Assembly (NCBI GenBank): GCA_017450535.1
Contig: JAFSTK010000022.1
Span: 2,540 to 66,539 of the forward strand
Reading direction: 5' to 3'
DNA: 64,000 bases
From: Treponema sp.
GTDB lineage: Bacteria; Spirochaetota; Spirochaetia; Treponematales; Treponemataceae
The translations under genes and the position numbers were made by a program. This document shows, one piece after another, positions 19,257-28,607 of the stretch. Numbering within the stretch: the first letter of the stretch is position 1; the number at the start of each line of letters is the position of its first letter. The notes beneath the pieces were generated by a model. The model was not told the origin of the DNA, ran no database searches, and saw nothing but the letters and a program-made list of their open reading frames with translations.

Positions 19257-20786
19257 TCACATGAGCGGCGTAAACAGTTTTGCAAAACTCCACCAGGCAC
19301 GCACGGGGATACATTTTTTGTCCAATTCGCTTTTTTTGATGAGCCGTGATTTTTTTGCGTCTGCTTCAAATATTTCCCTGTGCCGCTTACAGAATTCCTC
19401 GCTGTAGAAAATCGCATTATCTTCAAAAAGCAAAGAAAAACTGCGGCAGTCGATGTTAGTGGAGCCAATCGAACAAATTTCATCATCAACCGTGACCGTT
19501 TTTGCGTGGATAAAGCCGGGGTATTGATAAAAAGCGATGCCGTAGGGTTGCAGTTCACGGGCGAATTGGAGCGATGCGGCTTTCATGTAGAATTTATCCC
19601 ATTTTGTGGGAATCAGAATGCGCACGTCCACACCGCTGAACGCCGCAATTTTTAACGCGGAAAGAAATTCTTCGTCAGGGGTAAAATAAGGGGTCTGAAT
19701 GAACACGTATTTTTTTGCTGAACTGATTATTTTGATGAGCGAGTCTTTGATGCTGGCAAGATGAATCTTGTTTGGTCCGGCAGTGATTATTTGTGTGGGA
19801 ATGCGACCGGGCAGAAGCAAATCGGTAAAGAATTGTTGCTGCTGATTATGGGTCAGTTTGCTGTGGAGCGCGTCGAACACTGGCTTGGGGTAGTAGTTTC
19901 CGGCCCGACGGATTACTTTTGCGCGGTTTCTCCATGCGATGATGCTGAACCAGTCAATTAAAAATACGGACTGTAAGGATATGACGCTGCTTCCCGTCAG
20001 CCGCACTGTTGTGTCGCGCCAGTCATACGAATACCTGTGGGATTTGTTCGCGTATTCGTCGCCGATGTTGTGCCCGCCTGTGTAACCGATTTCTCCGTCG
20101 ATGACGGCGATTTTGCGGTGGTTGCGGTAATTTAACGTGAGCGGCAATCCCAGTCGAATCTGGAAGAACGGATGTACTTCGCCGCCCGCACGTTTGAGCC
20201 GCTGTAAAAAACGGGTAGGGGTAAAAAAGCATCCAAAATCATCGTACAAAAGATTGACTTTTACGCCTTCCTGCGCTTTTTTGCAGAGCAAGTCCATAAA
20301 GCGTTTTCCGGTACAGTCTTTCTTAAAAATGAAGTATTCCATGTTCACGCTTTGTGTCGCGTTCTCAATGTCTTTATAAAGGCTCTCAAAAAAATCGTCG
20401 CCCGTTGTGAAAATTTCTGCGTTGTCAGTACAGACGAGCGCGCTGTCATTGTTGGTCAAGTTCATGTAAATGAGCGGCCAATGTTTTTGCACAAGCGAGC
20501 CCTGTATTTTTTCCTGATTTTCTTCGATGAAAGTGCGCTGACCGGCAATCAGTGGTTTACGAAAATTATCAATCAGTTTGTTCGTCTCTTTCATTCGCTT
20601 TGTGCCCGTAAAAAAATGTCCGCTGAAAAGCAAATACAAAATCCACCCGGTGACAGGAAGCACAATCAATACGAACAGCCACAACAGCCGGCGGGTAGAT
20701 TCGTTGCGTTCAAAAAAGAGCACAAAACCAATAAAGCCTAATTCAATGATGAGATATGTAATTTTGATAATGGTAAAAACCGTCAT
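19257..20786 (-). CDS. cls: Cardiolipin synthase
   Basis: Two N-terminal TMs; two HKD motifs NHRKIAVIDG and IHAKTVTVDD; TPYFTPD. Confidence 0.93.
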   Translation of the reverse strand: MTVFTIIKITYLIIELGFIGFVLFFERNESTRRLLWLFVLIVLPVTGWILYLLFSGHFFTGTKRMKETNKLIDNFRKPLIAGQRTFIEENQEKIQGSLVQKHWPLIYMNLTNNDSALVCTDNAEIFTTGDDFFESLYKDIENATQSVNMEYFIFKKDCTGKRFMDLLCKKAQEGVKVNLLYDDFGCFFTPTRFLQRLKRAGGEVHPFFQIRLGLPLTLNYRNHRKIAVIDGEIGYTGGHNIGDEYANKSHRYSYDWRDTTVRLTGSSVISLQSVFLIDWFSIIAWRNRAKVIRRAGNYYPKPVFDALHSKLTHNQQQQFFTDLLLPGRIPTQIITAGPNKIHLASIKDSLIKIISSAKKYVFIQTPYFTPDEEFLSALKIAAFSGVDVRILIPTKWDKFYMKAASLQFARELQPYGIAFYQYPGFIHAKTVTVDDEICSIGSTNIDCRSFSLLFEDNAIFYSEEFCKRHREIFEADAKKSRLIKKSELDKKCIPVRAWWSFAKLFTPLM

Positions 20787-20794
20787 GCTATTTT

Positions 20795-21157
20795 TTACTC
20801 AGTCTTGTCACCGCTTTCGGGTTGTTGTTCCAGCACGATGAAATATTCTTGCGCGCAGCCGGCTGTAACGCTGATGTTGTAGTCTTTTGCGACGAAACCG
20901 CTTCGTGCGACGCGAAGGTGATACTGTCCCCGCATGATGTCGTCGAGCCGTAGCGTAACCATACCCTCAAAGTTGCCGTTCAGATATACTGCCGCATCCC
21001 GAATGTTTGAGCGGATGGTAATGCTTGTGCGTCCTTCCGCAAAATCAGCGATGGTCTCCGGCTCCAAAAATGGCAGTTCTGCGACAGTATTGTCGGTCTG
21101 CGCAAAAATTGCGGTCGAGAGAAAAAACAGTATAAGGACAGAGAGTACATTCCTCAT
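20795..21157 (-). CDS. PEGA domain protein
   Basis: Signal peptide; ITIRSNIRDAAVYLNG...G.YHLRVARSGF. Confidence 0.75.
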   Translation of the reverse strand: MRNVLSVLILFFLSTAIFAQTDNTVAELPFLEPETIADFAEGRTSITIRSNIRDAAVYLNGNFEGMVTLRLDDIMRGQYHLRVARSGFVAKDYNISVTAGCAQEYFIVLEQQPESGDKTE

Positions 21158-21846
21158 TGTTCCATTTTATCCTTTAATTCAAACCCTGGCAACAAATTAT
21201 GTTCCAAAAGACTGAAATAGCTGTTTTTCGTCAAGATGATGTGGTCAAGCACCGCTATTCCCAGCAGCATGGCGGCATCCACCATTTCTGCGGTCATCAT
21301 CAAATCTTCTTTGGAAGGAGTGCAATGTCCGCTCGGATGATTATGACACAGCACAATGGCGGACGCATGTTCTTTGATGGCCTCGCAGAACACTTCTCTG
21401 GGACGCACCACCGCCATATTACTTGCCCCGACACACACCACATGCACCGAAAGAATGTCCCGCGCACCGGTGAGAGAGACGCACAAAAAGTGCTCTTGAT
21501 TTGTGATGGCATAATTCTGCACAAACGGAACGATGTCTGCGGGTCTGTTCATGCGTCCCTGCGGATTCCTGTTCAATCTGCGTCCTATCTCCATTGCCGC
21601 CGCAATCATTAACGCTTTTGTGGTGCCAATGCCTTCAAGTTTAAGCAGCTCGTGTATCAGCTCCGGCGGATTTGAGTCTTCAATCACTTTCAACGCTTTT
21701 TCCGCCAAAATCTCTATGGGCATTCGCCTGGTGCCGCTGCCCAAAATCATCATAATCAGCTCCACATTGCTGGGGTATGCCATACCATTGCTTAACGCAA
21801 GCTCTCTAATGTTCAGTTTTTCCTGACGTTTATATATCTTTTCCAT
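21154..21846 (-). CDS. radC: RadC family JAB-domain protein
   Basis: GIGTTKA HhH; PREVF, HNHPSG..PSKED, VLDHII. Confidence 0.92.
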   Translation of the reverse strand: MEKIYKRQEKLNIRELALSNGMAYPSNVELIMMILGSGTRRMPIEILAEKALKVIEDSNPPELIHELLKLEGIGTTKALMIAAAMEIGRRLNRNPQGRMNRPADIVPFVQNYAITNQEHFLCVSLTGARDILSVHVVCVGASNMAVVRPREVFCEAIKEHASAIVLCHNHPSGHCTPSKEDLMMTAEMVDAAMLLGIAVLDHIILTKNSYFSLLEHNLLPGFELKDKMEQ

Positions 21847-21935
21847 ACAATATATATAGGCATCAAAATTCAAAAAACTACAAAAAATACTGATAAAAAA
21901 AGAAAAAAGTGCGCATTTTTATCCGAAAATTGAGT

Positions 21936-22520
21936 ATGAAGAGATTTTTTTACATTCTGACTATCGTGTGTTTGTCCGCCCTCATGTTTTCTTGTATGAC
22001 TGCTCCTCGTGGCGGAAAAAAATGTTCCCGTGCGTTGTATGATTACGGCGTAAAATCTCCTGAGCAGCTGACCGCATTTTTCCTTGCGAACAACAGCAAA
22101 AAAAGCCGCGCCGATGTATATCAGCTTGCGACATATTATGTTTCCGAAGGTGCCATGGAGCACATCAATTCTGATGCGGCGTTTGTGCAGATGTGCGTGG
22201 AGACAGGCTGGCTCAATTTTGGCGGTCTCGTTACGGAGGATATGCACAATTATTGTGGGCTTGGCTCAACGGATGCCGCTCATCCTGGGGAACGATTTGC
22301 CACGGCGCAACTTGGTGTACGTGCACATATCCAGCATTTACACGCCTATGCGACGGACGTGAGCGTTTCGCTGCATAACGAGCTGATTGACCCACGCTAT
22401 TCTTGGCCACATAAAGCGAGAAATGCAAAAACGGTCGCGGATTTGGCGAATACGTGGGCTATGGACAGCAATTATGGTGTAAAGCTGGAACGGCTGCTTA
22501 GTATTCTTGATACTTATTAG
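21936..22520 (+). CDS. Glucosaminidase (GH73-like) domain lipoprotein
   Basis: Lipobox LMFSC; QMCVETG, HNYCGLG, GVRAHIQHL.AYA, WAMDSNYG. Confidence 0.82.
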   Translation: MKRFFYILTIVCLSALMFSCMTAPRGGKKCSRALYDYGVKSPEQLTAFFLANNSKKSRADVYQLATYYVSEGAMEHINSDAAFVQMCVETGWLNFGGLVTEDMHNYCGLGSTDAAHPGERFATAQLGVRAHIQHLHAYATDVSVSLHNELIDPRYSWPHKARNAKTVADLANTWAMDSNYGVKLERLLSILDTY

Positions 22521-24291
22521 TAATCATCGCAGAAGTGTCTCCGGCAAGGAATGCGGAACAACGGTCTTCCGGCATAGGTTTTCCTTTTAGGAAGCCCTGC
22601 ACATTGCGGCAGTTGATGTCGCTCAAGATTTGCAATTGTTCCGGGTTTTCTACGCCTTCTGCAATCGTATCCAAGCCCATTTTCGTCACCATGGAGACGA
22701 TTGAATTGGTGATGTTCGCTTCTACGCCGTCTTTTTCCGTGATGTTAGAGATAAAGGACTTGTCGATTTTGAGCGTGGTTATCGGAAGAATCTGCAGATA
22801 GCTCAAAGATGAATAACCTGTGCCAAAATCGTCCAAAGAGATTCCAATGCCCATGTCGCGGATTTGGTTGAGAAGCCGCACGGTCTCCTCTTTGTTATCA
22901 ATCAGCACGCCTTCGGTAATTTCAATTTCCAAGTTTTCTGAGCGGATGTTATATTCGCGCATCATTTCCGCAAGCTCAAAGATAAAATTGGGTTTCTTCA
23001 ACTGCACGGGCGACACGTTTACGCTCATAATGCCATCAAAGTGGTATTTTGTTGTCCATTTGTGCAAGGTTTTGAGCGCAGTTTTCATCACCCAGTCGCC
23101 CAATTCCACGACAAGCTGCGTTTCTTCCGCAATCGGAATAAACTGTTCCGGATTAATCCAGCCCAACTCATCGTCATACCAGCGCAACAATGCCTCAAAG
23201 CCACGCAGTTTGTTGCTCTTCACTTCAAACTGAGGCTGATAGTACAGCTGGAACACATTGTTTTCCATAGCGTCGGTCATTTTGCTCTGAATGTTCAGCC
23301 GGCGCATGAATTTATCCTGCATCATCAGCTGGAAGAACGCGATGTCGTTTTTAGTCCGCTTTTTCACATCGTACATCGCCATGTCGGCAAAACGCAGCAA
23401 TTCGTCGCAGTCGCGTGAGTCATCGGGATAAACCGCAATGCCGGCTGAAAAATCAATGCCCTGGTCGTTACAAACTTCAAGAATTGTGTCGCCAACAGTG
23501 AGCAGCGTATCTTTGGAGCTTATATTTTTGACCAGTACGATAAATTCATCGCCACCAAAATGATAGCACTGGATATTCTGCTTTTGGAAACGCTTCAGAA
23601 TTGCAGCCGCCCGACAAATTACTTCATCGCCAGCGGAATGACCTTCAGAATCGTTAATCAGCTTCATGTTGTCAATATCCAGCATAATGATGCCGAATTT
23701 TTTATTCTTCTTGGTGTTTTCCAGCAGTTCTTTAAAGTCTTTCTTGAGTTTCTGTTTGTTGTTCAGTCCCGTCAGATAGTCGTGATAAGCGGTAAACTGC
23801 AATTCTTCGTTCAAGTCTTGAATGCTGTCGAGCTGACGCTGCAAATTTTCTCTTGAACGTGAGATTTCATCAGTGAGCGAGGCAAGGCGCAGGTTTTGGC
23901 GGCGCAATTGCTCCTCGTTCTGTTTGTCGCGCGTAATGTCCGCGATTGTAAAGATGAGATATTTGTTTTGTACCGGCGTGAATGTACCATGAAGCCAAGA
24001 ATTTGAGATAACCGAGTAATATGTGGTGGACATGGTTGCTCCCGTTCTGAGCGTTTCTATGCCGGTGGTGAGCCAGTCCACGTCCTGCGCGATTTTTTGT
24101 ACGAATGATGACAACCGTGCGCCGACTTTTCCAGTGTTCGGAATTTTGTCCATGTAGGCTTTGTTCATGTACAAAATCTCAAAATCAACAACAATGTCGT
24201 CATCATAAATAGGTTTTCCTACCAAAATTGGCGTTGAAACCGTTTCTACGATTTCTTTGAAGTCCTCAAGTGCTAAAAGTTCTTTCTTCAT
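22498..24291 (-). CDS. Cytoplasmic PAS-like/coiled-coil GGDEF-EAL protein
   Basis: HDYLTGL, intact GGDEF, EALLRW, DDFGTGYSSL; no TM. Confidence 0.92.
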   Translation of the reverse strand: MKKELLALEDFKEIVETVSTPILVGKPIYDDDIVVDFEILYMNKAYMDKIPNTGKVGARLSSFVQKIAQDVDWLTTGIETLRTGATMSTTYYSVISNSWLHGTFTPVQNKYLIFTIADITRDKQNEEQLRRQNLRLASLTDEISRSRENLQRQLDSIQDLNEELQFTAYHDYLTGLNNKQKLKKDFKELLENTKKNKKFGIIMLDIDNMKLINDSEGHSAGDEVICRAAAILKRFQKQNIQCYHFGGDEFIVLVKNISSKDTLLTVGDTILEVCNDQGIDFSAGIAVYPDDSRDCDELLRFADMAMYDVKKRTKNDIAFFQLMMQDKFMRRLNIQSKMTDAMENNVFQLYYQPQFEVKSNKLRGFEALLRWYDDELGWINPEQFIPIAEETQLVVELGDWVMKTALKTLHKWTTKYHFDGIMSVNVSPVQLKKPNFIFELAEMMREYNIRSENLEIEITEGVLIDNKEETVRLLNQIRDMGIGISLDDFGTGYSSLSYLQILPITTLKIDKSFISNITEKDGVEANITNSIVSMVTKMGLDTIAEGVENPEQLQILSDINCRNVQGFLKGKPMPEDRCSAFLAGDTSAMITNKYQEY

Positions 24292-24305
24292 GGTACGGAT
24301 AACGG

Positions 24306-25349
24306 CTAGTTGGAAAAACGAATTTTCTGCCACAACGTATTGTATTTATCCAGACCATCGCCCAGATCTTCTTTGAGCGTACAGCGCATCGCCTGCTCCG
24401 GATTGTACATCGGCTTTGTGGTAATAAACTCATCTGCAGACGGGTTTACTACATTGGGATATCGGAATTCGTCGATGAAGAGCGCGTAGTTTTCCGGACG
24501 GTGAATGAAGTTGATGAATTCGTTTGCCAGCTCGTAGTGGGGCGCATCCTTTAAGATAACCATGCTGTCCAAAGTTGCGGGACCGCCTTCCGGTGGAATG
24601 AAAAAGTCAATCATGTCGTCCCAGCGGCTTTCGTCCACTTCGCCGTACACGATTTCAGGATAGCCCTGACACAGCCAGAAGTCGCCGCTTGCGAATGACT
24701 TGCCAAAACCTTCCGCATCAAATTTGATGATGTTAGGCTTCCACTGGTCAGAGATAAGTGTATATGCGCCGTCCAACTCGTTATCGTCCAGACTGTTCAT
24801 GTCTTTGCCCAGATACACGAGCGCACAGCCCAGCACTTCACGCATGTCGTCCATCATAGTGGCATGTCCCTTGAACTGGGGGTCTGCGAGAATGGCGTAG
24901 CTGCGTGCATAAGAAGCCTTTGCTTTCTGTTTGTTGACCATAATGCCTGTCGCACTCAAAGCATAGGGGACGGCATATTTCATGGTGGGGTCATAAGTAG
25001 CTTTTTCAAGAATTTTCGGGTTGATTCTGCCGCTGTTGGTCAGTTTGCTCTGGTCAAGTTCGCGGAGCATTCCCTGGCGAAGCATGATAGAAACAAAGTC
25101 GTTTGAAGGGATGACAATATCGTAGCCTTTTGCGCCCGCGCGAAGTTTTGAATACATTTCCTCACAAGTGGAGTAACTGTCTAGTTTTACTGTGCAGTTA
25201 AACTCTTGTTCAAATTTGCGTACAACTTCTTCGGGGGTGTAGTACGTCCAGTTGTACAGATATACAATACGTTCGCTTTTCTTGCAAGCACTGAACAAGC
25301 ATACTGCAGCCGTCAGAGCAACGGCAAATAATGTAGAAAATCTCTTCAC
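24306..25349 (-). CDS. potD: Polyamine ABC transporter substrate-binding lipoprotein (diverged PotD paralogue)
   Basis: LFSAC lipobox; YNWTYY, GYDIVIPS, DDMREV, PEGG...DS. Confidence 0.88.
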   Translation of the reverse strand: MKRFSTLFAVALTAAVCLFSACKKSERIVYLYNWTYYTPEEVVRKFEQEFNCTVKLDSYSTCEEMYSKLRAGAKGYDIVIPSNDFVSIMLRQGMLRELDQSKLTNSGRINPKILEKATYDPTMKYAVPYALSATGIMVNKQKAKASYARSYAILADPQFKGHATMMDDMREVLGCALVYLGKDMNSLDDNELDGAYTLISDQWKPNIIKFDAEGFGKSFASGDFWLCQGYPEIVYGEVDESRWDDMIDFFIPPEGGPATLDSMVILKDAPHYELANEFINFIHRPENYALFIDEFRYPNVVNPSADEFITTKPMYNPEQAMRCTLKEDLGDGLDKYNTLWQKIRFSN

Positions 25350-25485
25350 TTCTTTCTCCTAGAGTAAATAGTATAGTAAGAATATCTGATTTTTACACAA
25401 AAAGCAAGCGAAGTAGGCGGAATATGAGGAATAAGAGGAGTGTCACACGGACAATTCGCTAACGCTGCCCGTCCTAACGTCCTCG

Positions 25486-25531
25486 CTCCCCTAATTAAGG
25501 GGAGGGGGACACAGGGGGAACGCCCCCTGTG
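25486..25531. repeat. Two adjacent GC-rich hairpins (REP-like/terminator)
   Basis: CTCCCCT-AATTA-AGGGGAG and CACAGGGGG-AACG-CCCCCTGTG. Confidence 0.65.
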
Positions 25532-25535
25532 ATTG

Positions 25536-26591
25536 TTAATCTGTGAAACGAATCTTCTGCCAAAGTGTGTTGTATTTGTCCAAGTCCTGTCCCAGATCGT
25601 TTTTCAGTTCGCAATTGTTCATCTGTGACGCTTCGTACATCGGCTTGGAAGTCATGTACTGTGCCGCATTCATGTTTACAAAGCAGGGGAAACGGAATGC
25701 GTCCAAGAACTGCGCATAGATTTCCGGGCGATGGATAAAGTTGATGAATTCGTTTGCCAGCGCATAGTGAGGAGCATCTTTTAGGATACACATGCTGTCC
25801 AGATATGACGGGCCGCCTTCCTCAGGAATAAAGAAGTCAATCATCTCGTCCCATTTTTCTTCGGGAACTTCGCTGTAGATTACTTCTGCATAGCCCTGAC
25901 ACAGCCAGAAATCGCCGCTCGCGAATGATTTACCAAAACCTTCCGCATCAAATTTTACAAGATTCGGCTTCCATTTTTCTGAAATCAAATCAGCGGCAGC
26001 CTGCAAGGTGTCGTCATCAGTTTCATTCACGCTTTTTCCCTGATGAGCCAATGCATCGCCCAGCACTTCGCGCATGTCGTCCATCATTGTCGCATGACCA
26101 GCGAATTGCTTGTCCGCAAAGATATTCCATGAATGCTCGTAAGAGCGAGTTGCTTTCTGTTTGTTTACGGCAATGCCGGCCGCGCCAAAATAATACGGAA
26201 CCGCATACTTCATGTCGGGATCGTAGGTCGCTTTTTCCAGAACCACGGGATTGATATTCGCGCGGTTGGTAAACTTGCTCTGGTCGAGTTCACGGAGCAT
26301 ACCCTGTGCAATCATAATAGATGCGTAATCCTGAGACGGAACGACAATGTCGTAACCCTTTGCACCTGCCCGCAGTTTTGCGTACATTTCTTCGTTTGAC
26401 GCATAGCTGTCCACTTTGACAGTACAGTTAAATTCTTTTTCAAACTGTAAAATTACTTCTTCAGGGGTGTAATACGTCCAGTTGTAAAGATACAATATCT
26501 TTTCTTCCTTTTTTGTGCAGGAAGAAAGACCCATCACCGCAGCGAGTCCAAGTGCCGCGAGTGCGATTTTAGCGATACATCTTTTCATCAA
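25536..26591 (-). CDS. potD: Spermidine/putrescine ABC transporter substrate-binding lipoprotein
   Basis: LSSC lipobox; YNWTYY, YASNEEMYAKL, GYDIVVPS, PYYFG. Confidence 0.92.
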   Translation of the reverse strand: MMKRCIAKIALAALGLAAVMGLSSCTKKEEKILYLYNWTYYTPEEVILQFEKEFNCTVKVDSYASNEEMYAKLRAGAKGYDIVVPSQDYASIMIAQGMLRELDQSKFTNRANINPVVLEKATYDPDMKYAVPYYFGAAGIAVNKQKATRSYEHSWNIFADKQFAGHATMMDDMREVLGDALAHQGKSVNETDDDTLQAAADLISEKWKPNLVKFDAEGFGKSFASGDFWLCQGYAEVIYSEVPEEKWDEMIDFFIPEEGGPSYLDSMCILKDAPHYALANEFINFIHRPEIYAQFLDAFRFPCFVNMNAAQYMTSKPMYEASQMNNCELKNDLGQDLDKYNTLWQKIRFTD

Positions 26592-26677
26592 TGTCTCCTA
26601 AAATAAATGAAGAATAGACGACTTGTTTGGCTCACCTTACAAGTCAGTTGTTTCGCAGACAAAAGCCTGCAAAATTA

Positions 26678-27544
26678 TCATCTTGCGCCTGCAAAACTTT
26701 TCAGTCCCTTACGCAAAATAAATACCATTGCACAAATTGCCAGAATCAGCACGAATGAAAGCGAGTTGATTACTGGACTTACGCCAAAACGAATCATGGA
26801 GTACACATAGAGTGGTAATGTCGTGCTTCCCGGTCCGCTGACGAGCGATGTGATAACGTAGTCTTCCAGTGACATTGTGACGCTCATGGCAAAACCGCTG
26901 ACGATGCCAGGCATAATCGCCGGAATAATCACTTTGTAAAGCGTCTGCCATTCGTTTGCGCCCAAATCGTGACTCACCTCAATAATCGAATAGTCAAATT
27001 CATCGATACGCGCGCTTACCATCAGATACACGAACGGAAGACAGAACGTGGTATGTGCGATAAAAATCGTGAGCAGACCGAGCGATAATTTTATGCCGCT
27101 GAAAAAAATCAAAAGCGAGACACCCATAATAACTTCCGGCAGAACCATAGGCAAAAAGCTGATGGACTGAATGTACTGCTTGCCGAAAAATTTGTACCAG
27201 GTGATGCCGATAGCCGCGAGCGTGCCCAAGAATGTCGCCACAAGCGAAGATGTGACCGCAACTAACAAGCTGTTGAACAATGCCGACCACAAATCTTTTG
27301 AGTCAAAAATCAGTTTTTCGTACCAGACAAAAGAAAAATGCTGGAAATTCGTATCCTTTGCGGAGTTGAACGAATAGAAGATGATGACGAACAGCGGAAT
27401 GAACAAGAACATGAGCGACAGAGCCAGTACCGAATTTGAAAGCCCGATGTGCGGCGCACGTTTACGCCAGCTGCGTTTTGCATGTCTCGCATTTTCGCTG
27501 GAGCGTTTGTTTTTGATGAACAGTTTGAACGGGTTCAGTTTCAT
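26678..27544 (-). CDS. potC: Polyamine ABC permease PotC
   Basis: YSFN, PEVIMGVSLL, DLGA, TLPLYVYSMIRFGVSPVIN. Confidence 0.92.
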   Translation of the reverse strand: MKLNPFKLFIKNKRSSENARHAKRSWRKRAPHIGLSNSVLALSLMFLFIPLFVIIFYSFNSAKDTNFQHFSFVWYEKLIFDSKDLWSALFNSLLVAVTSSLVATFLGTLAAIGITWYKFFGKQYIQSISFLPMVLPEVIMGVSLLIFFSGIKLSLGLLTIFIAHTTFCLPFVYLMVSARIDEFDYSIIEVSHDLGANEWQTLYKVIIPAIMPGIVSGFAMSVTMSLEDYVITSLVSGPGSTTLPLYVYSMIRFGVSPVINSLSFVLILAICAMVFILRKGLKSFAGAR

Positions 27545-28607
27545 TGTGCGTCCTCCGTCGGCTGAGAAGCCGGTGTGGCAATGATATTGCCTCTTTTGAG
27601 GTTTGTCGCCAAAAGCGGAGTGTTTGTGTTCGCCGCAGTATCTTCTTTGGTGGACATTTTTTTGAGGCTCGCTTCTTTGCGGTTTGTAGAAAGCATCCAG
27701 AGAATCGCAATCATTGAGACTGCGGTAATCACGAGGCTGAATGCGGAGGCGAGCGGCCAGTTGCGCACTTTTTGCACTTGGTCAACGATGATGTTGCCGA
27801 GCATGTAGCTGTCTTTTCCGCCCACGAGCTGTGGAACGGTGTAGGTGCCGAAAATCGGGATGAACGTAAAAATCAACGCGCTCACGATGCCGCTTTTTAC
27901 GCCGGGAATGAGCACTTTGAACATTGACTGCGGCTTGGTCGCGCCTAAATCGCGGGCGGCCTCCAGCAAACTAAAGTCAAAGCGGTCCACCGCCGTAAAA
28001 ATCGGAAGAATCGCATAAGGAAGATACATGTAGATGCTGACCAAAATGACCGCGCCCTTGGTGAACATAAATTTATGCGGCACAAATTCCGCCCCGCCAA
28101 AGCCGAACGCATGCTTGATGTTCCAGAAAAAATGGAAAATCGAGTTGAGCAATCCGTTGTCGCCCAAAATCGTCATCCATGCGAAGATGCGGATAAGGCT
28201 GTTGGTCAAAAACGGAATGACCACGAGCACGAGCAGAAGCGTCTGGTGTTTGCTCCTCGCCATGGCATAGCCGCACGGAAGCGCGATGACAATCGTAACC
28301 AGTGTGGAAACTACGGTGATGAACAACGTGCGCAAGAAGATCATGCCGTATGCGGAACGAGCATCTGCTGATATGCTTTGAGCGTGAATTCGCGCAGAAC
28401 GCCGCCGTACACATCGCGCTTCATAAATGAATACGCCACGATGATAATCAGCGGCACAACAAAGAACAACGTGAACCACAAGCCCATCGGATAGGCGTAT
28501 GCGGGACCGGGATTCGCTTTCTTGTATTTTGCGCCGCGAGCCTTTGCCGCCAGTTTGAGCAGGAAGTTTTGTTTGGGGCGTGTGTTTTCGTCCTGTGTCT
28601 CGCTCAT
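27541..28607 (-). pseudogene. potB: Polyamine ABC permease PotB, split by a frameshift near 28350 (pseudogene, split gene or sequencing error)
   Basis: ORF 28341..28607 carries the PotB N-terminus (FFVVPLIIIVAYSF); the remainder (YGMIFLRTL...EAARDLGA...NWPLASA) lies in the -1 frame. Confidence 0.85.

Noticed and set aside
21154-21846. radC as a marker of a mobile element
   Set aside because: Full-length chromosomal type within a housekeeping operon; no integrase nearby
28341-28380. Programmed -1 ribosomal frameshift in potB
   Set aside because: No X XXY YYZ slippery site at the junction
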